NCBI GenBank assembly: GCA_029259725.1
Contig: JAJDER010000013.1
Span: forward strand, 8,623 to 72,622
Origin: Planctomycetota bacterium
Lineage (GTDB): Bacteria > Planctomycetota > B15-G4
Direction: 5' to 3'
DNA: 64,000 bases
Shown: positions 36,338 through 45,290 of the stretch, one piece after another
Layout: each line of letters begins with the position of its first letter
Numbering within the stretch: position 1 is the stretch's first letter
The notes under the pieces: generated by a model
What the model was told of the DNA's origin: nothing
What the model saw: the letters and a program-made list of their open reading frames with translations, nothing else
The model's database searches: none
Program-made: the position numbers and the translations under genes

Positions 36338-36518
36338 CCCCCATCAGGACACGGCTGCCTTCGCCCGGATCCCAGAGAGCCAGGGCGACCCCCGCGAGCC
36401 CGAGCGTCCTGATCATCAGGCGTCCTCCTGGGGTGCCGGGCTCGATGATACGCCCGTGCTGGGCGAGCGGGCAGCCACCCGTGACGGAACGACGCGCTCG
36501 AGGAACGCGGGCCCTCGA

Positions 36519-37577
36519 TCACGCCCCGAAGGCGGCCTCATACGTCGCCCGCAGCGTGCGCCCGTCGGTTGCGCACTCCGTCAGCGTCGTCCAGCGCCCC
36601 GGCCGCGTGTCCGGCGCCTGACGCGCGGCGTCGAGGAACGTCGCGCGATCGATGCCGAGTCCCTCGGGCATGGTGATCATCCCGATCGCCTCGCCGAAGC
36701 TCCGCAGCGGTGCCGGGTCCTCACCCTGCAGCGCGGTGCAGAAGATCGTGGCGACGCCGACCTGCTCGCCGTGGAGGCCACCCTCGATGTCCATGCGGTC
36801 GAGCTGGTGGCTGATCAGGTGTTCGCTGCCGCTGCACGGGCGGCTGTTGCCGCTGATCTCCATGGCCACGCCGCTGAGCAGCAGGCCCTCGACCACGCGC
36901 TCCAGGAACGCGGGGTCGTCGATGTCGGGCTTCGGCGCATCGACCACCTGACGCGCGGCGCCCAGCGCGAAGGTGCGCGCCATGCCGTCCACCAGGGCCT
37001 TGTCGGCAGCGGCGGCGCGATCCCAGTCGCGGCAGGCCGTGAGATTGCTGAGCAGGTCGCCGACGCCGGCCAGACGCAGGCGCCTGGGCGCGCCCGCGAG
37101 CACGTCGAGGTCGATGATCACGCCCGACGGCATGGTCGCGCCCACGCTGCGGCGCTTGCCGTCGGTGGCGAGCACGGCGACGGGGGAACCGAAGCCGTCG
37201 TTGCTCGCCGCCGTCGGCAGCGAGATCCACGGCAGACGCTTCTCGGACGCGGCGAGCTTGGCCACGTCGATCACCGAGCCCCCGCCCACGGCGAGCACCA
37301 CCTGCGGGAAGAAGCCCTCGATCAGCGCGTTCTTCACGCGGTCCGCCTCGGCGAAGGTGCCGCCGAACACCTCCTCGACGCGCACGGTCACGCCGGCGGC
37401 CTCGAGCGCGGTGGCCACGCGGTGCGCCGGCGGCTGCGTGGGCCCGTCGCCCATGATCACGAGCGCGCGGGCGAAGGAGAGGTTGCAGGCGGCGAGCGCC
37501 TCGGGCACGTCGTCGAAGGCCCCCGCGCTCACGCGGGTCACCAGCGGCAAGTGGACGGTCTGGAGCAGCGTGCCCAT
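36519..37577 (-). CDS. sn-Glycerol-1-phosphate dehydrogenase-family protein (EgsA/AraM-like, iron-ADH superfamily)
   Basis: 352 aa, with GGGGAG 5 nt before ATG 37577. GGGSVIDVAK nucleotide loop. LPTAASNDGFGSPVAVL and SGSEHLISHQLD match the G1PDH-type substrate/metal motifs as I remember them (archaeal PTxASHDGIASP / GSEHxxSH). Confidence 0.7.
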   Translation of the reverse strand: MGTLLQTVHLPLVTRVSAGAFDDVPEALAACNLSFARALVIMGDGPTQPPAHRVATALEAAGVTVRVEEVFGGTFAEADRVKNALIEGFFPQVVLAVGGGSVIDVAKLAASEKRLPWISLPTAASNDGFGSPVAVLATDGKRRSVGATMPSGVIIDLDVLAGAPRRLRLAGVGDLLSNLTACRDWDRAAAADKALVDGMARTFALGAARQVVDAPKPDIDDPAFLERVVEGLLLSGVAMEISGNSRPCSGSEHLISHQLDRMDIEGGLHGEQVGVATIFCTALQGEDPAPLRSFGEAIGMITMPEGLGIDRATFLDAARQAPDTRPGRWTTLTECATDGRTLRATYEAAFGA

Positions 37578-37592
37578 GGTCGTCTCCCCGTG

Positions 37593-38453
37593 CTACCCGG
37601 CGTTCCCGCACGTCGGCGCGGCGCCCGCGCTGCCCGCGCTGTTCGCGCCGCCCGCAACCGCCGCGGCGTCGAAGCCCGCGGCGATCCTCCCGGCCTCGGC
37701 CAGGTCCTCCGGCGTGTCGACCTCGGTCCAGGGCCGGCCGCCCGTGGAGCACTTGCCGATCACCACCTCGTCGACGATGCCGTTCAACGCGCCCTCGTAC
37801 CAGTCGTCGGTCTGGCCCGCGTCGATCATGCGCGCGAGGCTGCGGTAGTATGCCGCCAGCGCGGCGCCGCGGAAACGCAGCATGCCGATGTACTCGCCGT
37901 GGCTCGCCGCCGGGTCGAGATCCTTGCCGATGCGGCGCAGGCGTCCATCGGCGTAGACGACTTTCATCTGCTCCTCGGCCAGGGCGCAGGTGTCGTCGAT
38001 GGTGAGCAGGGCGTCGCCGTCGGTGGACAGGAGCGTGGTGAGGATCTGCGGGTGGAAGAGCGTGTCGCCGTTGATCAACAGCAGGTCGTCGGGCACGTGG
38101 CCTGCCAGCAGGTGCACCGAATAGACGTTGTTGTGCACGTCCCACAGCGGGTTGTGGATGCGCGCGACGTCGGGGTGCTCGCGCTCCAGCGCCTCGACGG
38201 CGTGGCCGCTGACCACGCGGATGTCGCGGCCCGGGATGCCGGCGGCGGCGAGCGCGTCGAGCTGGCGCGACAGGATCGAGCGGCCGGCCACCTGCAGCAG
38301 GCTCTTGGGCAACGCGTCCGTCAAGGATCCCAGCCGCGACCCGCGCCCGGCAGCGAGGATGCACACGACCGGGTGCGTCGCGGACGTCGCGGGCGGGGTG
38401 TCGGGCGCGGTGTCGGGCGCGGTGCCGGGCGAGCTGTCTTCGGTGGGCGTCAT
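37593..38453 (-). CDS. Nucleotidyltransferase (LicC/COG1213-like cytidylyltransferase)
   Basis: ATG 38453 overlaps the upstream stop (ATGA). After a Pro/Thr-rich leader comes the signature ILAAGRGSRLGSLTDALPKSLLQVAGRSIL. GDTLF. The 712-aa ORF 37593-39731 is an out-of-phase extension across the upstream gene. Confidence 0.7.
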   Translation of the reverse strand: MTPTEDSSPGTAPDTAPDTPPATSATHPVVCILAAGRGSRLGSLTDALPKSLLQVAGRSILSRQLDALAAAGIPGRDIRVVSGHAVEALEREHPDVARIHNPLWDVHNNVYSVHLLAGHVPDDLLLINGDTLFHPQILTTLLSTDGDALLTIDDTCALAEEQMKVVYADGRLRRIGKDLDPAASHGEYIGMLRFRGAALAAYYRSLARMIDAGQTDDWYEGALNGIVDEVVIGKCSTGGRPWTEVDTPEDLAEAGRIAAGFDAAAVAGGANSAGSAGAAPTCGNAG

Positions 38454-39574
38454 GGAGGGCGGGTCAGCGAGACGTCGGATCGCACGGCCGGCTCGGGCAG
38501 CCCCGCGATGCGGTGCAGCGCGGCCAGCGCAGCCGCGGTGGCGTGGCCCGGATGGTAGTAGACGTCGTGCAGCGCCGCTCGTCGATCTTCGCTCCGGGCC
38601 TCCGGATCGGCCAGTTCGGCGGCGATCAGCTCGGGCAGGGCGCGGGGATCGCTGCAAGCGGTGCCGATGCGCGTGCGCCAGGTGGTCACGTCGGCCTCGC
38701 CGGCGCGCTGGTCGAGCTGGCCCTCGAAGGTCATGAAGATCGCCGGGCGGTCGAGGTGCAGCCACTCGAAGGCCACCGACGACAGATCGGTGATGAGCAG
38801 GTCCGCGGCGTGCATGAGCGGGACCACGTCCCAGACCGCGGGCGTGGCGAAGTGCGCGTGCGACCGCGCGTGCGCGTCCAGCACCGAGCGCCAGTCGAGA
38901 CGGCCGTAGCGCGGGTCGAGCGAGTTGTCGTGGGGCTTGCAGATCACGTTGAGGTCGAGGCCGGTCCGCGTGCCGGCCTCGCCCGACGCCGTGAGCCCGG
39001 ACAGCGCCGCGAGGATCTCCTCGCCCATCTTCTCGAGCGACGACTCGTGGCCCCAGGTCGGCGCGTAGAGCACGGTGGGCTTGTCCGGATCGAGGCCGTG
39101 CTCGCGCAGGGTCGCGGTGCGGTCGAGGGAACCGTCGGTGAGCCGATCGGTCTTCGGGAACCCGATCTCGTGCAGGCCCGGGTCGCCCGCTTGCACGAGG
39201 CCGCGCTCGATCAGCCGGCGCCGCAGCCACGGGCCGATCAGGAACACGTGGTCGTAGTCGGCCACGCGCCGGTTCATGTTGTGGCCCTTGCCCGAGATGC
39301 CGTGGAAGATCTGCACCGTCGCCTTGGCGTGGCGCGTGGCCAGGATCCAGTCGGCGGACACGAGCACGTCCGGCCGCGCGAACTTGGCGCGCCAGTTGGG
39401 GCGTCGTTTGGCGGGGAGCGCGCCGACCTTGTCGAACAGCGTCGTGCTCGAGGACCCGTGCTCCTTGCCGTACAGGTGCACGTCCCAGCCGCCGGCCGCC
39501 AGCAGCCCGCGATGGAGCGGCCGGAAGACCTCGTAGTTCATGGGACGCTTGGCGCGGAAGGCGACGACCGGCAT
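38450..39574 (-). CDS. CDP-glycerol glycerophosphotransferase-family protein (TagB/TagF-like)
   Basis: 374 aa. Blocks typical of Glyphos_transf: KPTVLYAPTWG, a HP..-type motif (VICKPHDNS), and DLLITDLSSVAFEWLHLDRPAIF. Confidence 0.7.
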   Translation of the reverse strand: MPVVAFRAKRPMNYEVFRPLHRGLLAAGGWDVHLYGKEHGSSSTTLFDKVGALPAKRRPNWRAKFARPDVLVSADWILATRHAKATVQIFHGISGKGHNMNRRVADYDHVFLIGPWLRRRLIERGLVQAGDPGLHEIGFPKTDRLTDGSLDRTATLREHGLDPDKPTVLYAPTWGHESSLEKMGEEILAALSGLTASGEAGTRTGLDLNVICKPHDNSLDPRYGRLDWRSVLDAHARSHAHFATPAVWDVVPLMHAADLLITDLSSVAFEWLHLDRPAIFMTFEGQLDQRAGEADVTTWRTRIGTACSDPRALPELIAAELADPEARSEDRRAALHDVYYHPGHATAAALAALHRIAGLPEPAVRSDVSLTRPP

Positions 39575-39729
39575 GCGGCCATCGTAGAGAACGCCCCCGG
39601 CAGTGTCGTGAGCGCGCGGGACGGCCCGCCGAGACCCGGCGACGGCGAACCGCTAGTATCCTGAACCGTGATCCGTGGGCCCCCGCGGCCCGCGCACGCT
39701 TCTCCGGCCCTCCGGACCCTGCTCCCGCC

Positions 39730-40779
39730 ATGGCCGCTCCCGGCTCCGACGCTCCCGTCTTCGTGGTCGGTCACCCGCGCTCGGGGACCACGCTGCTGCG
39801 GCTGATCCTCAACGCCCACCCGCGCATCGTGATCCCGCCGGAGGGGCACGTGGTCAGCTTCCTGCGTCGCTGCGAGCAGAAGTACGGCCCGATGAGTGAC
39901 GACGACGCCTTCGAGCGGGCCATCGACCGGCTCGCCCACAAGGACCGCCAGAAGGAGTGGGGCTTCACGCCGGACCAGATCATCGACGTCTGCCTGCAGG
40001 GCGAGCACAGCCCGGCCGGCATCTTCGCCTCGCTCATGTCGCTCTGGACCGAGCAGTCGGGCAAGCCGCGCTGGGGCGAGAAGACGCCGGGCAACTACCG
40101 CTACATCGAGGACGTGACCGGCTGGTTCCCGAAGGCGCAGGTCGTGCACATCGTGCGCGACGCGCGGGACGTGGCCGTGAGCTGCCTGACGCCACCCTTC
40201 TCGGATCGGTACGACAAGGGCAACGAGTACGAGGTCGCCCTGCGCTGGCGCGACGCCGTGCACCGCGGCCGCAGGGCGGCCCAGGCGCTGGGCCCGCAGC
40301 GCTACACGGAGTTCCGCTACGAGGACCTGACCGCCGAGCCCGAGCGGCTGGTCCACGCGCTGTGCGACTTCCTGCACGAGGACTTCGTGCCCGAGATGAT
40401 GGACTTCCACCGCGGCGCCCAGGGCAAGCTTTCGCGCGGCGAGCAGTCGTTCCACAAGCGCACCCACGGCGAGGTCGACCGCAAGCGCGTCGAACGCTGG
40501 CGCCGCGACGTGCCGCGCGAGTTCGTGATGCGGGTCGAGGGCATGGCGGGCAAGGAGCTTGCTGAACTCGGGTACGAGCTCTCGGGGTTCGAGCCGACGC
40601 TGGGGTTGCGGGCCGAGTTCCTGGCGCAGAAGCTCAAGCCGCGCAAGCTGACCCGGACCTTCAAGCCCAAGGGCGGGGGCTCGAGCGACAAGCAGAGTCG
40701 CTCGGCATCCGGCACCGGTGGGCCCGACGCCGGGGGGCCCGACGCCGCGGTGGCGCCGGACGACGCGCAGGCCGACTGA
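39730..40779 (+). CDS. Sulfotransferase-family protein
   Basis: VFVVGHPRSGTTLLRLIL (5'-PSB), VVHIVRDARDVAVS (3'-PB), YEDL. 349 aa with a Gly/Ser/Asp-rich tail. The sigma gene starts 19 nt downstream. Confidence 0.8.
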   Translation: MAAPGSDAPVFVVGHPRSGTTLLRLILNAHPRIVIPPEGHVVSFLRRCEQKYGPMSDDDAFERAIDRLAHKDRQKEWGFTPDQIIDVCLQGEHSPAGIFASLMSLWTEQSGKPRWGEKTPGNYRYIEDVTGWFPKAQVVHIVRDARDVAVSCLTPPFSDRYDKGNEYEVALRWRDAVHRGRRAAQALGPQRYTEFRYEDLTAEPERLVHALCDFLHEDFVPEMMDFHRGAQGKLSRGEQSFHKRTHGEVDRKRVERWRRDVPREFVMRVEGMAGKELAELGYELSGFEPTLGLRAEFLAQKLKPRKLTRTFKPKGGGSSDKQSRSASGTGGPDAGGPDAAVAPDDAQAD

Positions 40780-40798
40780 GCGCGGCGGGGGAGCCCAC

Positions 40799-41476
40799 AT
40801 GGACACGGACGCCCGCCCCCCCGACCCCACTCCCGCGGACCCGCCGCCCCCTGACCCGGACGACGAGTCGGTCACGCGTCACCTCGCCCGCGGTGCCCAG
40901 GCCGGCGACGAGGCGCGCTTCTCCGCGCTGTGCGAACGCCTCGCCCCGGCGCTCTACGGCTGGTCGGTGCTGCGCATCCCGCCCGAGCTGCGCGCGCGCC
41001 TGCAGCCCGAGGACCTGATGCAGGACGTGTGGCTGCGCGCGTTGTCGGCCTTCGGGAGCTACGACGCCGATCGCGGACCGCTGCGCCCGTGGTTGTTCCA
41101 GGTGGCCAAGTACACGCTGCTCGATGCGCTGCGTCGAGGGCGCGTGCGCGTGCAGCCGCGCCAGGAGCCCGCGCCCGACGGAGGTTCGGACGCCGGCGGC
41201 GGCGCGCGGCTCTCCCAGGTTCCCGACGACGCCACCGCGGTCAGCCAGCGCGTGGCCCGCCGCGACGACGTGGCCGCGTTCCTCGCGCACGTCGAGACCC
41301 TGCCCGAGGAGGACCGCGACCTGCTCGTGCACCACGGACTCGAGGGTCTCAGCCTGGGCCAGGCCGCCGAGCGCCTCGGTCTGGAGAAGGCCGCCGCGCA
41401 GAAGCGCTGGCAACGATTGCGCGCGCGGCTTGCGGAGCACGGCTGGCCCGAGGGCATGTTCGAGCCGGGCGCATGA
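40799..41476 (+). CDS. ECF-type sigma-70 family factor
   Basis: ATG 40799 (GGGGGAG upstream). Pro-rich N-terminus. Region 2 PEDLMQDVWLRALSAFGSYD..LRPWLFQVAKYTLLDALRR. Region 4 LLVHHGLEGLSLGQAAERLGLEKAAAQKRWQRL. Confidence 0.8.
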   Translation: MDTDARPPDPTPADPPPPDPDDESVTRHLARGAQAGDEARFSALCERLAPALYGWSVLRIPPELRARLQPEDLMQDVWLRALSAFGSYDADRGPLRPWLFQVAKYTLLDALRRGRVRVQPRQEPAPDGGSDAGGGARLSQVPDDATAVSQRVARRDDVAAFLAHVETLPEEDRDLLVHHGLEGLSLGQAAERLGLEKAAAQKRWQRLRARLAEHGWPEGMFEPGA

Positions 41477-41489
41477 GGCCGGGCGGCAC

Positions 41490-44400
41490 TCAGCGTCCGT
41501 ACGCGTCGACCCAGTCCGGCAGCTCGTCGATGGCAGCGCGCTCGCGGGCCACGCTCACCAGGTCCACCGGCCAGACCCGTGCTGTTCCGTCCTGACCGGC
41601 GGTCACGACGAAGCGCCCGTCTGGGCTGAACCGCGCGCGATGCACCGGACCCTCATGCCCGGTCAGGCGCACGATGAAGCGTTTGTCCCGCGGCTCCCAG
41701 ATCAGCGCCGAACCGTCGTAGCTCGCGGTGACGTACAGGTCTCCGCCCGGCTGGCGATCGAGGGTCGTCGTGCGGTCACTGTGGTGGCCGGCGCTGTTGT
41801 AGATGTTGTTCGACGCGGGGTCCTGCAAGAGCACGGTCGGGTTCCAGCGCGCGGTGACCAGCACCTCGCGCCCACGACCCGTGAAGCGCACCGTGCCGAG
41901 AGTGGTCGTCGGCTGCTCGGCCAGCAGGGAACCGTCGTCGAGATTCCACCAGCGGATCTTGGTGTCCTGGCTCACGGCGACCAGGACCTGGCCATCCGCG
42001 GAGACGTCGACGTCGTAGATCGTGTGCTGCGCGTGCGAAACGGCGGTCTCCGCCCAGCGTTCGAGGACGTGGCGTGCGTCTCCGCTGGCCGTGTCCCAGA
42101 CGCGGATGCTGCGGTCGGAGGCGCCGGTCACGACCAGGCGGCTGTCGGGCGTCCAGGCCACGCAGGCGATGTCCGCGCCGTGGCCCGTGAGCTCCCGACG
42201 GACCGCTCCCGTCGAAGCGTCCCGCAGCAGCAGCCCGCCGGCCAGGTCACCGCTGAGCAACCAGCGCCCGTCGGGGGATGCGCTGAGGACCGTGACCTCG
42301 GCGTCGTGAGACCGCGCGGGCGGGCGGGGTGCTCCGGTGGACGTGTCCCACAGCCTGACGGCCCCGTCGGCCGAGGCCGTGGTCACCGAGGCGCCGCCGT
42401 CGACGTAGACGCCGGCGACCACCCGGCTCTGGTGATCGAGCGTCGCGCGCGGCGAGCCATCGGCCGTATTCCACAACCTCGCCGTACCGTCGGACGATGC
42501 GGTCAGCACGGACCGCCCGTCGGGTGCGAAGGCGACATCCCGGACCGGACCGGTGTGCCCCCGGAGCTCGAGCAGGCCGGGGCGGTCGGGGAGGTACCAC
42601 ACGTCCGCCCAGCTATCACCGCCCTGGCTGATCAGGCGCGTGCCGTCGCCGGTCCAGTGCACTCCGAAGATCATGCCGGAGGAGCCGCGCAGGACCTCGA
42701 CCAGCTCACCGGTGACGGCATCGTGGATGCGCACGACGCGGTCGTAGCTGCCGGTCGCGAGACGGCTTCCATCGGGTGAGTAGTCCGCGCAGTACACGGC
42801 GCGCGAACCCTGGTCGGGCAACTCGATCAGGCGCTCGCCCGTGTGGGCATCCCAGACCGACGACGGCGAAGGATGCGGTGTGGTGATGTCGCCCGGGTCG
42901 CAGGTGGTCACGATCCGGGTGCCGGTCGGGTCGAAGGTCACCGAGTGCACGATGCCCGTGTGTTCCAGGACGAACCGGGTCGTGCCGTCCGACAGGTCGT
43001 GCATGGCCACCGTGCCGTCGCGCGAGGCGGTGGCGAGGCGGGTTCCGTCCGGAGCGAAGGCGGCGGTGGTGATGAGGTCCGCGTGGCCGCCGAACGAGGC
43101 CAGGAGGGTGCCCTCGGGAACGGACCAGAGGCCGGCGCCAGCGGTGGCGGGTGCGTCGTCGCTGCCCGGTGTGCCCGAGATGGTGACGAGGAGATCACCG
43201 GTCTCGTCGAACAGCACGTCGCTCACGGCGCCCAGGTGGTCGGACAGGAGCAGGCCGAGGCCGTCGCCGCCGCTGGTCCACAGGCGCGCGGTGCCGTCGT
43301 TGCCGGCGGTGGCGAAGTGCTCGCCATCCGGAGCGAAGGCCACGTCGCGTACGGAGTCCTCGTGGGCCTCGTATTCGAAGGCGACGTCGCCGGTCGACGC
43401 GCGGTGCAGTCGCACCACGCCACTCTCGTCGCCGGTCACGATCCAGCTGCCGGTCGGGTCGAGGTCGGCCTTCCGGGCACCCGAGAATTCCAGAGAGAAC
43501 ACCGACTCGCCCGAAGCCAGGTCGTACAGGTTCAGGCCGTTGCGACAGACCAGCATGCGCTCACCGAACAGGGACAGGTCCATCCCCCGTCCAGGAGAGC
43601 CGCGGACCTTGATCCGGTGCTCGAGTCGGCTTCGCTGCAGCGCGGCGAGCAGGGCGTTGTTGGACTCGAATCCCGGGCTCAGCGACGCGGCCTCCAGCGC
43701 CATCGTCAAGGCCGCCGTCGGGTTGTCCTCGGCCACGATCATGGCCAGGTTGGCGATGGCCTGCCCGCGAGCGCGAGACAGCGCCTGCTCCTTCTCGTCG
43801 CTCTCGGTGCGCACGTCGGCGAGCAGCGCGAGCGTCACTCCGAGCCCGATGCCGAGCACGACGACGAGCAACAGCCCGGACATCGCCAGGGCGGGATTGC
43901 GCTGGACCCAACGCCGCAGATGCACGAGGGGACCCGAGCGGCGCGCGGTGATCGGTTCGTACAGACGCACGCGACGCAGGTCTTCGGCCAGCTCGAGCGC
44001 GTTGCCGTAGCGGCGCTGGCGGTCCTTGTCCATGGCCACGGCGAGGACGACGACGAGGTCCGCGGGCGCCGCCGGGCTCAGGCGCGCGGGTGAGACGGGC
44101 TCCTCGTTGCAGATGGCCTGCTCGAGCCGGTTTCCCGAACCGGAGAAGGGACGCTGGAGCGTGAGGCACTCGTAGAGCGTGACCGCGAGCGAGTAGACGT
44201 CGGTGCGCGCATCGAGCTCGCGACCATCGCCGAGGATCTGCTCGGGGCTCATGTACGCGGGCGTGCCGAAGGCCTCCCCGGAGCGGGTCAGCGTCGGGGT
44301 GCCGTCCTCGGTAGGGCGTGCCAGCCCGAAGTCGAGGATCACGGGCTCCCCGCGCTGGTCGACCATCAGGTTGGCGGGTTTGACGTCGCGGTGGATGACG

Positions 44401-45131
44401 CCGGCTTCGTGAGCGGCGTGCAGCGCCCGGGCGGCACGTTCGAACACGGCCAGCAGGCGACGCACGCCGACGGGATCGCCCGGACCGCAGACGACGCCGC
44501 CCGGCGTGTCCGCGGCGACGGTCGATCCGGGGCCTCCGCCCGCGATGCTGGTGGATGCTGGCGTCGAAGACTCGGTCGCCGAATCCGCCGCCGGGTGGTG
44601 ACCCTGCTGGGCGCGTCGGGCACGCTTGACGAGTTCGGCGAGGGTCTCGCCCTCGACCGCGCGCATGGCCACCCAGGGCGGGTCCGCATGCAGGTCGGCG
44701 CGATGCACGGCGCACAGCCCCGGGTGGTCGAGTCGTGCGACGATCTCGACTTCTCGCCGCAGCCGTGCACGCCGCGCGCTCGACAGGACGCCGGCCGGCG
44801 TGCGGATGATCTTGAGCGCCACGTCACGTCCGAGGGCCGTCTCTCGCGCCAGGTACACGGTGCCCTGGCCACCGCGGCCCAGTTCGCGCTCGATCGTGAA
44901 CCCGGGAATCTCCGGCGGCGTCGGAGGCTCGATGTCGGCGCTCTCCGGGAACATCGACGCGCTCTCGGCCGCGAGCAGCCGCACGTGCTCGGCGGCCACG
45001 TCGTCCTCGTATCCGGGGAAGCGCGCGAGGTAGTCCTGCAGCGTGCGCTGCCGCCCTTCGCGCCGGTCCCTCAGGAACAGCTCGACGAAGTCGAAGACGT
45101 GCGACGCCGTGTCGAGTTCGGCGGGATCCAC
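41490..45131 (-). CDS. Ser/Thr protein kinase - TM - WD40 beta-propeller protein (1213 aa)
   Basis: GRGGQGTVY, VALK, HRDVKPANLM, DFGLA, GTPAYMSPE. TM segment ALAMSGLLLVVVLGIGLGVTLALL. At least 12 WD40-type repeats (DGTARLW, DGTVAMHD, DRVVRIHD, DGAVRLWD, DRSIRVWD, DGTARVWP ..). Confidence 0.9.
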   Translation of the reverse strand: MDPAELDTASHVFDFVELFLRDRREGRQRTLQDYLARFPGYEDDVAAEHVRLLAAESASMFPESADIEPPTPPEIPGFTIERELGRGGQGTVYLARETALGRDVALKIIRTPAGVLSSARRARLRREVEIVARLDHPGLCAVHRADLHADPPWVAMRAVEGETLAELVKRARRAQQGHHPAADSATESSTPASTSIAGGGPGSTVAADTPGGVVCGPGDPVGVRRLLAVFERAARALHAAHEAGVIHRDVKPANLMVDQRGEPVILDFGLARPTEDGTPTLTRSGEAFGTPAYMSPEQILGDGRELDARTDVYSLAVTLYECLTLQRPFSGSGNRLEQAICNEEPVSPARLSPAAPADLVVVLAVAMDKDRQRRYGNALELAEDLRRVRLYEPITARRSGPLVHLRRWVQRNPALAMSGLLLVVVLGIGLGVTLALLADVRTESDEKEQALSRARGQAIANLAMIVAEDNPTAALTMALEAASLSPGFESNNALLAALQRSRLEHRIKVRGSPGRGMDLSLFGERMLVCRNGLNLYDLASGESVFSLEFSGARKADLDPTGSWIVTGDESGVVRLHRASTGDVAFEYEAHEDSVRDVAFAPDGEHFATAGNDGTARLWTSGGDGLGLLLSDHLGAVSDVLFDETGDLLVTISGTPGSDDAPATAGAGLWSVPEGTLLASFGGHADLITTAAFAPDGTRLATASRDGTVAMHDLSDGTTRFVLEHTGIVHSVTFDPTGTRIVTTCDPGDITTPHPSPSSVWDAHTGERLIELPDQGSRAVYCADYSPDGSRLATGSYDRVVRIHDAVTGELVEVLRGSSGMIFGVHWTGDGTRLISQGGDSWADVWYLPDRPGLLELRGHTGPVRDVAFAPDGRSVLTASSDGTARLWNTADGSPRATLDHQSRVVAGVYVDGGASVTTASADGAVRLWDTSTGAPRPPARSHDAEVTVLSASPDGRWLLSGDLAGGLLLRDASTGAVRRELTGHGADIACVAWTPDSRLVVTGASDRSIRVWDTASGDARHVLERWAETAVSHAQHTIYDVDVSADGQVLVAVSQDTKIRWWNLDDGSLLAEQPTTTLGTVRFTGRGREVLVTARWNPTVLLQDPASNNIYNSAGHHSDRTTTLDRQPGGDLYVTASYDGSALIWEPRDKRFIVRLTGHEGPVHRARFSPDGRFVVTAGQDGTARVWPVDLVSVARERAAIDELPDWVDAYGR

Positions 45132-45290
45132 GGGCTCACCTTATGCGGGCCGGGGCGGGGGCGCCATCGAGGCCGATCGAGAGTGCGGGGGACAAGAGGC
45201 CCCCGGGCCCATCGTCGGACCCGGGGGCTCCCCCACGAGACCGCCGGGAAGCTCGGGGGCTCCGGGCGGGGAACAGAAGCACGTCGAGCG

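Noticed and set aside
37593-39731. 712-aa ORF suggesting a large fusion protein
   Set aside because: Only the last 286 codons (from ATG 38453) encode the nucleotidyltransferase. The upstream part reads the TagF-like gene region in a different frame and is Arg/Ala/Pro junk. ATG 38453 overlaps the TagF-like stop in the classic ATGA arrangement.
41490-45131. The WD40-kinase as eukaryotic contamination or a horizontally acquired eukaryotic gene
   Set aside because: The GC content, codon style and lack of introns are the same as in neighbouring bacterial genes. The gene sits tightly between bacterial ECF sigma and secreted-protein genes. STK-WD40 fusions are established in Planctomycetes, Actinobacteria and Cyanobacteria.
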